Shown piece after piece: positions 44,660 through 57,600 of a DNA stretch of 64,000 nucleotides (positions are counted from its first letter, which is position 1; the number at the start of each line of letters is the position of its first letter). The DNA is taken from positions 125,539-189,538 of the forward strand of contig NIVC01001230.1 in the NCBI GenBank assembly GCA_002269645.1, written 5' to 3'. A program made the position numbers and the translations under genes. The stretch comes from Macrostomum lignano (Eukaryota). Under the pieces are notes generated by a model that was given only the letters and a program-made list of their open reading frames with translations, ran no database searches and was not told the origin of the DNA.

Positions 44660-46904
44660 GTGCGTGCGGAGAGAAGGCCAACTGTATGTTGGTGTTAGCC
44701 TTATGGGCTCCAAGTCCTCAATGGTTAATTATTAAATTAATAATCGCCGATCTAGATTATAGCTAGAGATCCCGGTAGGGTTGCTCGCTTGACAACAATT
44801 AAGTAGAGGAAACTGAAAATAAACTTTTTAGTTTCTTAGACTTTTGCCAATGCATTTCGACCGCAATAGCTAGAGAGTAGGGCCTATGTTTAATAATTCA
44901 GTATTTGAGTCAGCTAGATCTAGTTTAAAATATATATGAATAGGCCTATGAACTGCTTTATTATTTTTGATTTTATATGTAGAACTTGCTATTTTGTTAT
45001 TTCCCATGCTGTCAATACAATCTTGACTTTAGTTAAACTTAAATTTATATTTTCTTTTAACACGGTTTAAGGCTTTTTAAAAAACGTTTCATTGACATAT
45101 TCAAGTGGATAGGCCTATTTCCTATTATATTATTAGGCCCTATCTATTGGTACTGACTGACCTTTGTCTAGGAGACTGGCCAGGTTTACAACATGTTTAA
45201 TACTATATAAAATACATACAGTAGCATTCTTTAAGTTGGTTTAAACATTTAAATTATATATACTGGTATAGCCTAGAAAATAGTCATAAAACTAGCAATT
45301 TGATAAGGCAAATAATTCTTATATAGTTTCAACCCTAGCCCTAGGCCTTAGGTCTAGGAAAGCATTAATATCTAGGCTTAAATTATGGGTTGGCTTGGCA
45401 ACTCTACCCTATGGGTCCTATGTGGCCCACAAAGCCTCTTTTTCTAGTCCTTGGGTCTATTAAACTACAATAGTAATCTAGTCCACCTAAGGCTTATGTC
45501 TTATCTTATAGCTTCTTTCTCTTTTCTTTTTCCCCTCTTCTTTCCTCTCCCCTCTCCTCTCTTCTTCTCCCTTCTTCTTTTTTCCTTTCTTTTCTATTCT
45601 CCATTCTCCTCTTCTGGGCCCTTAGTCTTATAGTTAAAAAGTTAGCCAAACATTGGCTTAAACTAAATGTTATAAAATCCTTTATTATAAAAAGCTTTTA
45701 TTATTTAAGACCTTTAGTTCTTAGCTAAAAATATTTTTAGATAGCAACAATAATCTAATACCTTGATACCTATGGGACTTATTATTTATAAGCACATGAA
45801 TGAATCTAGAATCTACTTTAATTGTTGGGCCTATGCTAAATGTATCCAAGCCACAATTTTATCAATAGCCTTCTCTAGATAGAGCCTAAATTTCATGAAA
45901 AAAAACATTTCAAATAGCAAAAGCATAGGTATAAAACTTTTGGATTCACTTGGCTATTTCTATTAGTATATATATATAGGTCACTATAGCCAAACTTTAA
46001 ATACAAATCACTAATAGCAACATATGTAATAGGCCTATACAAGTCAATTCAGGCAACATTTACATACAAGTAACTTGAAACATAAGTCACTATTGGAAAA
46101 AGCATGTTTATTGCTTGTTTTCAAAGCAAGAAAATCAGCTTGTTTACTTACTACAGACAAACAGATTCGGCCTATTTGTAAGTTTTTGAAGCTTACTTAT
46201 CATGATATAACTAATCTATAGTTCATAATACTACTCATAGGTACTATGAGTAGATAGAGCAATATTTTTATTTTCTACATGGGAATTTTTTAGAGCCAAT
46301 ATTTTCAACATTCAGTCTTTTGAAAGACTTAACAATGAGAACATGCATGTTGGATGCCTCTTGTTCATAATGTTGCATATTGCAGTTCTGTGAATTCAAC
46401 CAAGCAGTGCTGTCTGTGCATTCGATTGACATGTGTCTGTGCCGTGCTTTGCTCTGCTCATCACTAGTTTTCTGCGCGATAGCATTTTAGCCGCTATTTG
46501 CACCTTAATGAATTCCCCCTGCTGTACGAAGGCTCGATCTAATAAGGCTCTGGCCACGACCGCTGGCCTCGCTGTGGTGGGTTTCCGTTCAAGCCTCTGA
46601 ATACTCGAGGCTGGAACAGCATTAAAAGGCTCTGTAGTGCCCAGCCAGCTGCCCATATAATGGCCACGTGTGAGGCTGCTACGTAAACTCGCCAGCAATT
46701 AAGAAGCTCTGGTAGTTAGAAAAACATCTGTGTTTTCGGTTGGTTTGCCGCGTTCATTTAATCAGGAACTGCGGGGCATGCACCATTGTAGAGGATGCTT
46801 GGATTAGAACTAGTAATTCAAGCTACATGTTCAGATTATTCTTGACTGCATCTAAAATGCATCGTTTATAAATTTACTAATGTTCATTCAACAAGCTGAC
46901 ACAG

Positions 46905-46918
46905 ACAGACAGACAGCC

Positions 46919-46978
<60 letters not shown>

Positions 46979-47070
46979 AGAAAGACAGAGAGACAGACAA
47001 ACAGACAGACAGACAGACACTAAGACACTAAGACACTAAGACAGACAGACAGACAGAAAGAGACAGACAA

Positions 47071-47111
<41 letters not shown>

Positions 47112-47172
47112 GAGACAGACACTAAGACACTAAGACACTAATACACTAATACACCAAGACAGACAGACACTA

Positions 47173-47205
<33 letters not shown>

Positions 47206-47210
47206 CAAAG
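46905..47210. repeat. (AGAC)n microsatellite with GACACTAA interruptions
   Basis: Read directly. Confidence 0.95.
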
Positions 47211-48367
47211 AAGATAAGCAATCAAAGGCTGAAGCCTGTTTAGTTGGCAGAGTTCGCCTATCTCTGCTCTCATCTTGTCTAGTGCGCAGAAGTCTCCAGT
47301 CTCGTCGGCTCTTCGTTGGTTGCCAAGTGGCGCGTTCTCGTTTGAGAGGGCACTCGACAGAATCTTGCGGCTCTTCTACATAGACGCTTCAAAGCGTGAG
47401 CCGCCTTGAATCTGATGATTTGAATGCGTCACGCCTCTGCCGAAGCCCCCGGTCATTAAGAATTCTAGAGATCGTTGCGGGTGACAATTTGAATTGAAAT
47501 TGAACGAGGGGGGGGCAGGTGAGCGACCGACTGACGGTCAAATTGAATTAGCGATCTCGCTATTTCAGTTGAGTCCGGCTGGAAAAATAAAATGTTCCCA
47601 TCCAGTGTCTCGCCGCTAGCACGAGGTTTTCAGAATTGCAAAGGCAAACGAAGACTTTCCTTGTTTTTTATTATCGTTTTTCAACTGTTTTTTCTCTCTT
47701 CTTTGTTGCAAAAGAATTTGAAACGGAGATGAATTTTTGGGTCTAAAAAGAGTCGCGGAAATGGGATCGGGCTTCGCTAGTCTATTCACCGGGGCTGCTG
47801 GGGACACGCAACGGGGGAGAGGGAACAGCGGAGGGGCAGTAATGACCCTGGCGCGGTTACGTCACGCCCCGTCCGCCAGCGATAGAAAACTGGAGATTCT
47901 GTGGGCGCCTGGCTGCCTGTCTTTCTTTTTCTGCATTTAACTTTGTGTAGCCCTTTTCTAAGGGAGGGTTTTATTTAGTGGCATGCCTGAATTGTATTTT
48001 TCTCAGCTAAGAATTCTTTGATAATTCGTTAATTGCAGAGGTCAGTTAAGCTCTAACTGAAAACATTTTGGCTTCTAAAAGAGCGAATTTCAATTCGTAA
48101 GCAGGCGTAGCAAGATTTCTAGTTAATTAACGTGGAGACTGAAATCTGAGCTTGCCTATCGAGATTCGATTACAATTACGTAATCACCAGGAGTTTTGCC
48201 TCTGCAGAATCCTCGAGTTCTTAGCCAGTTTTCAGTTGCCGCGGCAAAGCGCCCTGATTGAGTTTCTTCTACGACTAACAAAATTTGCCTCCAAAATTTT
48301 GGCTATTTGATTTCGAATGATGTCCTCCCCGCGAGAGCTGAGGGAACTTAACATGTATCTAGGGGTG

Positions 48368-50725
48368 GCAGATGCAAGCTGGATCACCGGGAATTCCCAG
48401 GGTGACAAAGATGCAAGCTGGATCACCGGGGAATTCCCAGGGTAACAAAGATGCAAGCTGGATCACCGGGAATTCCCAGGGTAACAAAGATGCAAGCTGG
48501 ATCACCGGGGAATTCCCAAGGTGACAAAGATGCAAGCTGGATCATCTGGAATTCCCAAGGTGACAAAGATGCAAGCTGGATCACCAGGAATTCCCAGGGT
48601 GACAAAGATGCAAGCTGGATCACCGGGGAATTCCCAGGGTGACAGAGATGCAAGCTGGATCACCGGGAATTCCCAGGGTGACAAAGATGCAAGCTGGATC
48701 ACCGGGGAATTCCCAGGGTGACAAAGATTTAAGCTGGATCACCGGGGAATTCCCCAAGGTGACAGAGATGCAAGCTGGATCACCGGGGAATTCCCAGGGT
48801 GACAAAGATGCAAGCTGGATTACCGGGAATTCCCCAAGGTGACAAAGATGCAAGCTGGATCACCGGGAATTCCCCAAGGTGACAGAGATGCAAGCTGGAT
48901 CACCGGGAATTCCCCAAGGTGACAAAGATGCAAGCTGGATCACCGGGAATTCCCAGGGTGACAAAGATGCAAGCTGGATCACCGGGAATTCCCAGGGTAA
49001 CAAAGATGCAAGCTGGATCACCGGGGAATTCCCAAGGTGACAAAGATGCAAGCTGGATCATCTGGAATTCCCAGGGTGACAAAGATGCAAGCTGGATCAC
49101 CGGGAATTCCCAGGGTGACAAAGATGCAAGCTGGATCACCGGGGAATTCCCAGGGTGACAGAGATGCAAGCTGGATCACCGGGAATTCCCAGGGTGACAG
49201 AGATGCAAGCTGGATCACCGGGGAATTCCCAGGGTGACAAAGATTTAAGCTGGATCACCGGGGAATTCCCCAAGGTGACAGAGATGCAAGCTGGATCACC
49301 GGGGAATTCCCAGGGTGACAAAGATGCAAGCTGGATTACCGGGAATTCCCCAAGGTGACAAAGATGCAAGCTGGATCACCGGGAATTCCCCAAGGTGACA
49401 GAGATGCAAGCTGGATCACCGGGAATTCCCCAAGGTGACAAAGATGCAAGCTGGATCACCGGGAATTCCCAGGGTGACAAAGATGCAAGCTGGATCACCG
49501 GGAATTCCCAGGGTGACAAAGATGCAAGCTGGATCACCGGGAATTCCCAGGGTGACAAAGATGCAAGCTGGATCACCGGGAATTCCCAGGGTGACAGAGA
49601 TGCAAGCTGGATCACCGGGAATTCCCAGGGTGACAAAGATGCAAGCTGGATCACCGGGGAATTCCCAGGGTGACAAAGATGCAAGCTGGATCACCGGGAA
49701 TTCCCAGGGTGACAGAGATGCAAGCTGGATCACCGGGGAATTCCCAGGGTGACAAAGATTTAAGCTGGATCACCGGGGAATTCCCCAAGGTGACAGAGAT
49801 GCAAGCTGGATCACCGGGGAATTCCCAGGGTGACAAAGATGCAAGCTGGATCACCGGGGAATTCCCAGGGTGACAAAGATGCAAGCTGGATCACCGGGAA
49901 TTCCCAGGGTGACAAAGATGCAAGCTGGATCACCGGGGAATTCCCAAGGTGACAGAGATGCAAGCTGGATCACCGGGGAATTCCCAGGGTGACAAATATT
50001 TAAGCTGGATCACCGGGAATTCCCAGGGTGACAAAGATGCAAGCTGGATCACCGGGGAATTCCCAGGGTGACAAAGATGCAAGCTGGATCACCGGGGAAT
50101 TCCCAGGGTGACAGAGATGCAAGCTGGATCACCGGGAATTCCCAGGGTGACAAAGATGCAAGCTGGATCACCGGGGAATTCCCAGGGTGACAAAGATGCA
50201 AGCTGGATCACCGGGGAATTCCCAGGGTGACAAAGATGCAAGCTGGATCACCGGGGAATTCCCCAAGGTGACAAAGATGCAAGCTGGATCACCGGGAATT
50301 CCCAGGGTGACAAAGATGCAAGCTGGATCACCGGGGAATTCCCAGGGTGACAAAGATGCAAGCTGGATCACCGGGGAATTCCCCAAGGTGACAAAGATGC
50401 AAGCTGGATCACCGGGGAATTCCCAGGGTGACAAAGATGCAAGCTGGATCACCGGGGAATTCCCAGGGTGACAAAGATGCAAGCTGGATCACCGGGAATT
50501 CCCAGGGTGACAAAGATGCAAGCTGGATCACCGGGGAATTCCCAGGGTGACAAAGATTTAAGCTGGATCACCGGGAATTCCCAGGGTGACAGAGATGCAA
50601 GCTGGATCACCGGGAATTCCCAAGGTGACAAAGATGCAAGCTGGATCACCGGGAATTCCCCAAGGTGACAGAGGTTTAAGCTGGATCATCTGGAATTCCC
50701 AAGGTGACAGAGGTGCCAGCTAGAT
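48368..50725. repeat. 31-33-bp satellite (GATGCAAGCTGGATCACCGGG[G]AATTCCCAGGGTGACAAA)n
   Basis: About 2.35 kb of tandem units with a 516-bp higher-order period. Confidence 0.97.
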
Positions 50726-51189
50726 CAGTGTTGCGGTGTTGCATGAATAGGATTTTTGAATTAGGAAATGAGTAGCAACTCACTTTTTACCAAGCTCTTT
50801 TGCAATCTTCCAAGCTCTGAATATTTTCTCTAGAATTCCGCACAGTTCTGACGGTGATAAAAAAGTCTAGCTAGCTAGTTCGCAATTTCGCTCTCTATTC
50901 TTCCTTACTCAAGGATGTTTGAAAAAAATCACTCGGGATTCGCTACAGAGCTCCCTCCCATCTGGAATAAGCTCGCGTTTTCCTCTCACTGCGCTCTGCT
51001 CTCAGACTCTCATGGCGAGCGGTGTTGTGTGTGATTGAGGAGGCTTGCTTAGCCGCAAAATCGGAAGCTGAGTAATCCCTCCTCCTGATCTCGCCTCTTC
51101 CTCAGTTCCACCTCTCCCTCTCGCGTCTTTGAATTACAGAGCAGGCGGGAGGGGCGGCTGCTGCGGCCCGGGACCTCGGCAGTTCCCCC

Positions 51190-51600
51190 CGATCGACCCA
51201 ATCAGTAGGCACTGTTCGTCACTCTGTCTGTCAGTCTCCGGTAGCCAAGCGAAGCCTTCGAGTCCTAAATGTGATTCCCCCTGACCCCAATCTTATCTAT
51301 CGCTCGCTTGCCTCGCTCGCCAAAGTCGCAAAAGAGTAGAGGGGCAGAAATGAGCTCTAGCTGAGCAGCAGATGAAGATGTAGACAGGGGTTGTACAGGC
51401 AGTCTGGCTCTCCTCTCGCACACTCGCCCCAGAGGGCTAGTAAGGTGACGAATGAATCGAACGAGAATAAGTTTTCTGCCTCAAGCCTTTCTGATTGGCT
51501 CTGCCGCCGATCCGTGTGGGCGCCAATCCCTGACGCACTGCCGGCCCAACCGTGGGGCTATTAAGTCATTCTCGGGCCCGCCCCTGTGTTCCAGCGGTTT
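51190..51600 (+). promoter_or_regulatory. Putative TATA-less promoter region of the cadherin gene
   Basis: CCAAT/ATTGG boxes near 51200, 51494 and 51523 and a GC-box-like GGGCCCGCCC near 51575, upstream of the ATG at 51645. Motif evidence only. Confidence 0.3.
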
Positions 51601-51644
51601 GACTGTCGGCAACTTGCTGGCATGGCATGACACTCTGACGCACT

Positions 51645-54600
51645 ATGCTGCCGCTGCTGTTGCTGCTGCCGCTGCTACACTCGCCCCCTGGCGCTAGCGG
51701 CCAGGCCAGCAACTTCACCTTCCATGTTGAGGAGAACGGAGACCGGCCGGACCTGCTTGTTGGCTCTGTGAACTCCGGCGACTGTGGCGGCGGCGCCGGC
51801 GCCCAGGTGTACAACTCCTTCAGCATCCCGCGCGACCGCTTCAGCTTGGACTCGCGCACCGGCCAGATTCGAACTCTGGCAGCCCTGGACCGCGAGGCCC
51901 AGGCTTCCTACAGCTTCGACTTCATCTGCGGCAGCCAGGTCGGTCACGTGACCGTGCTAATCGACGACAAAAACGACTGCGCCCCAACCTTCTCCAACTC
52001 CAGCCTGTGGCTGCGGCTGCTGGAGACGGTCGCTGTCCCCACCGAGCTGTCCTTGGGCTTCGTGGAGGACGCTGACTCTGCGGAGAACGGCCTCGACCGA
52101 GTGGAGATCACCGCTGGTAACGCCGAGCACCGGTTCCGCCTCCGGCTCCGCCAGCAGCCCGCCAGGCCGGCCCGCTCCGACTTGCTGCTGGAGCTGCTCG
52201 CCCCGCTGGACTTCGAGTCGGCAGCTGAGCACCGCCTGCGGCTGGTTGCCACGGATAAGCGCGGCCTGACCGGCTCGGCCGGTGTCACTGTGATCGTGGA
52301 GAACGCCAACGATGAGCGGCCGGTGTTTGAGCAGACTCGCTACAGCCTGGACGTGCTGGAGAACGCCACTGTTGGCTCCCGGCTGCTCCAGGTGCGGGCC
52401 ACCGATCGGGACGCCGGGGTGTTCGGCATTGTGAGCTACAGCATCGAGCACGGGGTGTCCGAGTCTAGCCGCCTGTTCTCAGTGGAGCCGGACACCGGGA
52501 TTGTCCGCCTGGCCGGCCAGTTAGACTTCGAGACCAAGCGCGCCCACTCGCTGGTCCTGCTGGCGTCGGATGGCGCCAATTCCAACAGCGCCAACCTGCT
52601 GGTGCGCGTCTTGGACGTCAACGACCGGCCGCCATCGATTTCGGCCACCAGACTGGGCAGCGCCGACCTGACCCAGGTGACACCAGTGGGTCAACCGGTG
52701 TTCCGAGTGCAGGCGGCCGACCCGGACAGGCCCGGAGAACCAGTGAAATTGACGCTGGCCTGCCAGCTGGCGGGTGGCGCCGCCCAGTGTCCGGAGTACT
52801 TCAGGCTGGCGCCTCTGGATGTCAACCTCTATGTGCTGCAGGTGAGAACCGCAATGGGCCTGACGTCTCGCTCAATGAACTGACATCTTATCAAATGAGC
52901 TGACACCTCAATACCTCGATCAATGATCTGACACCTCGATCAATGATCTGACACCTCGATCAATGATCTGACACCTCGATCAGTAATCTGACACCTCGAT
53001 CAATGATCTGACACCTCGATCAATGATCTGACACCTTGATAAATGATCTGACACCCCGATCAATGATCTGACACCTCGATTAATGATCTGACGCCTCCAT
53101 CAATGATCTGACACCTCGATCAATGATCTGACACCCCGATCAATGATCTGACACCTCGATTAATGATCTGACACCTCGATTAATGATCTGGCACATCGAT
53201 CAAAGATTCTTGTCATTGATTGTGTTGTTGCTCAATAGATTTATTTCAATTTTCTCGGGGCAATTGCTTAACACATACTCAACCACACAAAAAGTATCTG
53301 TGCACCTATCAAACAAAGGTATACCAGCTGCTGTATAAAAAGTTTATAACCGGTCAAACTGTTTTGATGCAGCATAGGAACCCTCCCCGAAAGTCATTGC
53401 CACTCGGAAATCAGCACTAGTCATACAACGCTGGCGCTCTTGTCTGCCAAATTTTATGTATTTTATTGGGATTCGCGTCCTTGCAAAGCATTTTAAGGCG
53501 AAGTCAAGTGCGTGCTTAAACTAAACAACTCTCGATTCCAGGTAGAGCAAGTCAAGTCAAGGGGGGGGAGCATCACAAACCCAAAAAATCGCAACTCCAA
53601 AAACAAAAATAGCATTGCCCATCATAAACCCGAGATATCAAAACTCCGAAAGTTCTAGCAATGTCCAAAAATATTTTGGTTTTCGGAGTTATTATATTTC
53701 GCCTTTGTGATATTTCGGGTTTATGATGGGCGTTGCTAACGCTTTCGGAGTTATGATATTTCGGGTTTGGGATATTTCGAGTTAATGATGGGAATTGCTT
53801 TCAGGGTTGTGATTTTTCGGGTTTATGATGGCGACCCAGTCAAGAAAATCGGACTGAATTCGGCCTCATTAAAAAGCTTAAGAGGGCAGTTCAGCTTTGA
53901 ATATCTCATCGGCAGCTCTTTTATTTATAAAGGTAGAGAAAATGACTATACCGTACTGCAACAAACAATATGTAAAGCTCATGTAAGTGGACTTATTGGT
54001 AAATAAATTTGTAGCAGTGGGTCTAATATCTATAATGCGGAATCAGAGTCGCTGCAGCTCCGCCACTGTGCCGCGAATGTGACGCACGCACGACTCCAAG
54101 CTCTTCGTTAGCGTGAGCAGCGACTGCGACATGGAGTCGATGATTTTCGCCTCCCGGCGCTCCCGCTGAGATGCGGTCGAATGGTCGATAAGAGGCTGCA
54201 CAGACGGCTCTGCGAGACCGTCATTGCACTGATAGTCGCCTTCGCAGCAACAAGTTCTAAAGTTGCAGCTGCAATATTGAGTGTCGCAGGCACAAAACTC
54301 ATCGCTGCAGTCGTTGTCTTCGAAGTTCGACTGGTTTCCGTCGAGTACCTGCGTGTTCTCAAGCTCAGACTCCTCGACATCTTCGTCTTCAATCTCTAAT
54401 TCATTTCTGTCATTTTCGAGGCCAAGATCGCAGGTTGCAGGGCATGTCTGAAAGCTGCACGCCTTGCTCTGCTGCCTCCGGCGACGTCGTCCACTACCCG
54501 TCCCTGGACAGGAGAAAGTTGCAGAGACAGCAGAGCCGCTGTACCGCAGTCTCGCCCTCTCCAGCGTCTGCAGAAGGTGGTCGAATCCGCCTCTTGCAAT

Positions 54601-57600
54601 GGCCGTATGCAGTACGGCTGATTCGGTCTCTGCTGACTGAGTTGAGACCGCCGAAGCTGACGGTGAATCCAAGGGAGCTCGCCGACGCTGCCGCCATCTC
54701 TTGTCTACACGTCGTTCTGGTGCTGAGTGCACATTTGAGTAGCTAACTGATGTGCAGCAGTCGCTGTCGCGAGTTCGATGTGATGAATGTGGATCAGGTG
54801 CAGGCGGCCACTGAGGCTTCATCTGCTGACAGTCGGTAGTGCAGCCGCAGTCGCCAGTACTGGCTCCACTTGAGTAATGCAAAGCCGGATGCAGGACCTC
54901 AGTAAGAGGTGCGCACTGTGGCTCGTTGCACTGTATGCGCCATTGCTCCATTCGCCAATCCGATGACGCAGTCGGTTTCTCCCTGATGCAACGTGCAGTC
55001 ATGGGGTGACATTTCAGCTTGTAAAATGCAGCCATCTGCCAGTCCGTCACAGTCTCGTCACAGTCGGAAAGCTCACAGTAGAAAAGTACTTTTTCTCGCC
55101 GAGAAACAGCCGGTTGTAGGTAAATTGACTCGCTTGTAGACTCTGCACAGCTTTGCCAGCTCTGTGGTTGCTGGTACAGCAGCTCCAGCTGAAGGTTGAA
55201 TTCCTCCTTGAATTCTACGGCCAAGACAGGTGATGGGTCGTCAGAGACGCGGGTTATTTGTTGCTGGAGAGCATACCGAAAGCTGCGGTTGACGCGGCGT
55301 GTCATTGAACTGCACTTCTGCAGAATGTTTTGTTCACTCGATGGCCAATCGATGGCGTCACCAGTATGACAGTCAATGCAGTGATGCTTGCAGGGACAGT
55401 CGAGATTCGACGGGACCAAGTACGACCTTGGCGATGGTAGCACCTGTGCCGGAGTTGAGCTACAAAACACGATGCACCAATGCTTCCTCACTGTCTTGAT
55501 TACTGGTCTGTCTGTCTCCACTGGCGTTGGCATAGGTGTGCAGGACTCGAGCAGCAAATTGTGAGATACTTCCCTAGCTGGAGTAACCGGCAGACTCCTG
55601 AGGAAGATACTCTCGAAGAAGCAGTGAGTCCTCCTGCTTGCAGTCGCTTTCTCGTTCAGTGACGATACAACTGAACTCTCTGAGCGAGGCCTTGAATCCA
55701 CAGCTGACCGTGACCTGACAACCGCCTGCTGCAAGTCCGGGGTCAGGCAAACTTCCGCAGTGCTGAATCGAGTAAGCTTATAGGTCTTTCTGCTTCGATC
55801 TGGGGACCGTTTGCAGCTCAACGGGGTGTCAGCGTTGAAGGCGTCGACAGAGGAGCTTCCGTCATCCGGTGGAAGCCGAAAATGCGCATCGCCAGCGGCT
55901 GCACAGCGTCGAAAGTCGCACAGACTGGGCGATGATGCGGCTTCGCTGATGCCTTCGCTAGTCAAGTCCATTTCAGATTTTGCACGGAAAAAATTGTGTG
56001 AAATTTGTTTGGCTGTTATCAATAGGTTGCAAGTTCTAGTTTCGCAATTTTTGCCCTAGACGAAATGTAACTCTAGTGCTCATTCGACAAGTTAAGACAA
56101 AATCTACAAGTAGTTGTCTCTGCTAAGAAAAGCATCTGCTCTTCTAGGAAACCACTGAAAAGGCTGAAATATATTGACTCCCTATGTGATTTTAAGCTGA
56201 TCTGAGTTCAATAAGTCCATACAGTTCATACTAAGGGGACAGATCATCTCTCGTAGTGGCCTGAGTCCCAGGAGGTGCGCTATGGAGTGCGGATGCTTAC
56301 GGAGACACAGCACAAGCAACTTTTGCCATCCTCATCAACAAGCAAAGTACACTCATCTATGAAGAGAGATTAGCCCTCAGATTTGGGTCGCAAGACAAGC
56401 CGGGGCTGCAATCATTTTCCAGAAACAATCCTTAGCTACTCGTACTTAAGCACGGGAGCTTAGACGCGTCGCAGAGCAAGGTCTGACTTTAATCCTTCAG
56501 CATTTGACCACTCAATGAGTCATCAAACAGTATCAATGTGTTTGGCGCATCAGTCAATGATCTGAATTCTCCTCTCACTATCCTGACGCCCCTCAGGTGG
56601 CCTCGCGCCTGTCGCCCGGCCAGTTCACCCTCTCGCTCACGGCCACGGACTCCGCTGCGCCGCCGCTGTCGGCCAGCCTGCTGCTCAACCTGACCGTCCA
56701 GCTGCGCAACGAGCGCGCCCCGGTGTTCGCGCGGCCCGCCTACCAAGCCGCCGTCACCGCCGCATCGACCAGCGACGGGACCGGCGCCAGGCGTCTCTTG
56801 CAGGTGTCGGCTGTCGACCCGGATGGCGACCCGGTGACCTACGCCATCCTGAGCGGCGGCGGTGGCGCACTGGAGATCGACTCTGCCACCGGTTGGGTGT
56901 CGCTGGCCGACGGCGCCGGTGGCAGCTGGCTGCTGTGCGGCAGCCTCTCAGTACTGCTCGGCGCTACCGACTGCGGCAGGCCGCCGCTGACTGGGAACGC
57001 CACTCTGACAGTCACTGTCAGCAGCTCGGCCGCCTTCCCGCCCCGCTTCCACCGCCCGGTGTTCACCGCTGCCGTCTCCCTCGCCTCGCTCACCGACGGC
57101 GCCTGCGTCGCTCGGGTATCGGCCTTCGACCCAGACTGCGGCTCCGTGCTGAACTTTGACTTCGCCGTCAACCCTACAGCCAGCTGGTACGGTCGCGAGT
57201 TCGAATCCGCTTTTCGGCTGGAGCCGCGCACCGGCCAGCTGTGCGTCCTGAACGGCACGGCAGCGGGCCGGCTGATGGCGCGGGCTGGCGGCCGCCTGGA
57301 CCTGTCGGTGCGAGTCACGGATCCGTCAGGCATGCAGAGCTTCGCCTTGCTGATCCTGCGGCTGCCTAGCAACGGCCTGGCAACCGAAAGCGCCTCCGCT
57401 GGCCATGGATTTTTTCCTATTGACAAGTTAGTTTGGGTAGTTAGTTTTTTTCAGATTCAATTGCGTTTCCGGATCTTTGGGATTAAAATATGAGGTTCTA
57501 TGAGCTTAAAATTTTAATCAGTGTGGGATTCGAGTCGGTGTGGGATTTGAGTCAGTTTGGGATTTGATTTAATGTGGGATTCGAATCTGTGGGATTCGAG

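Noticed and set aside
47380-47460. snoRNA or ribozyme around CTGATGA near 47414
   Set aside because: No matching D box with terminal stem, and no hammerhead stems or GAAA, could be identified.
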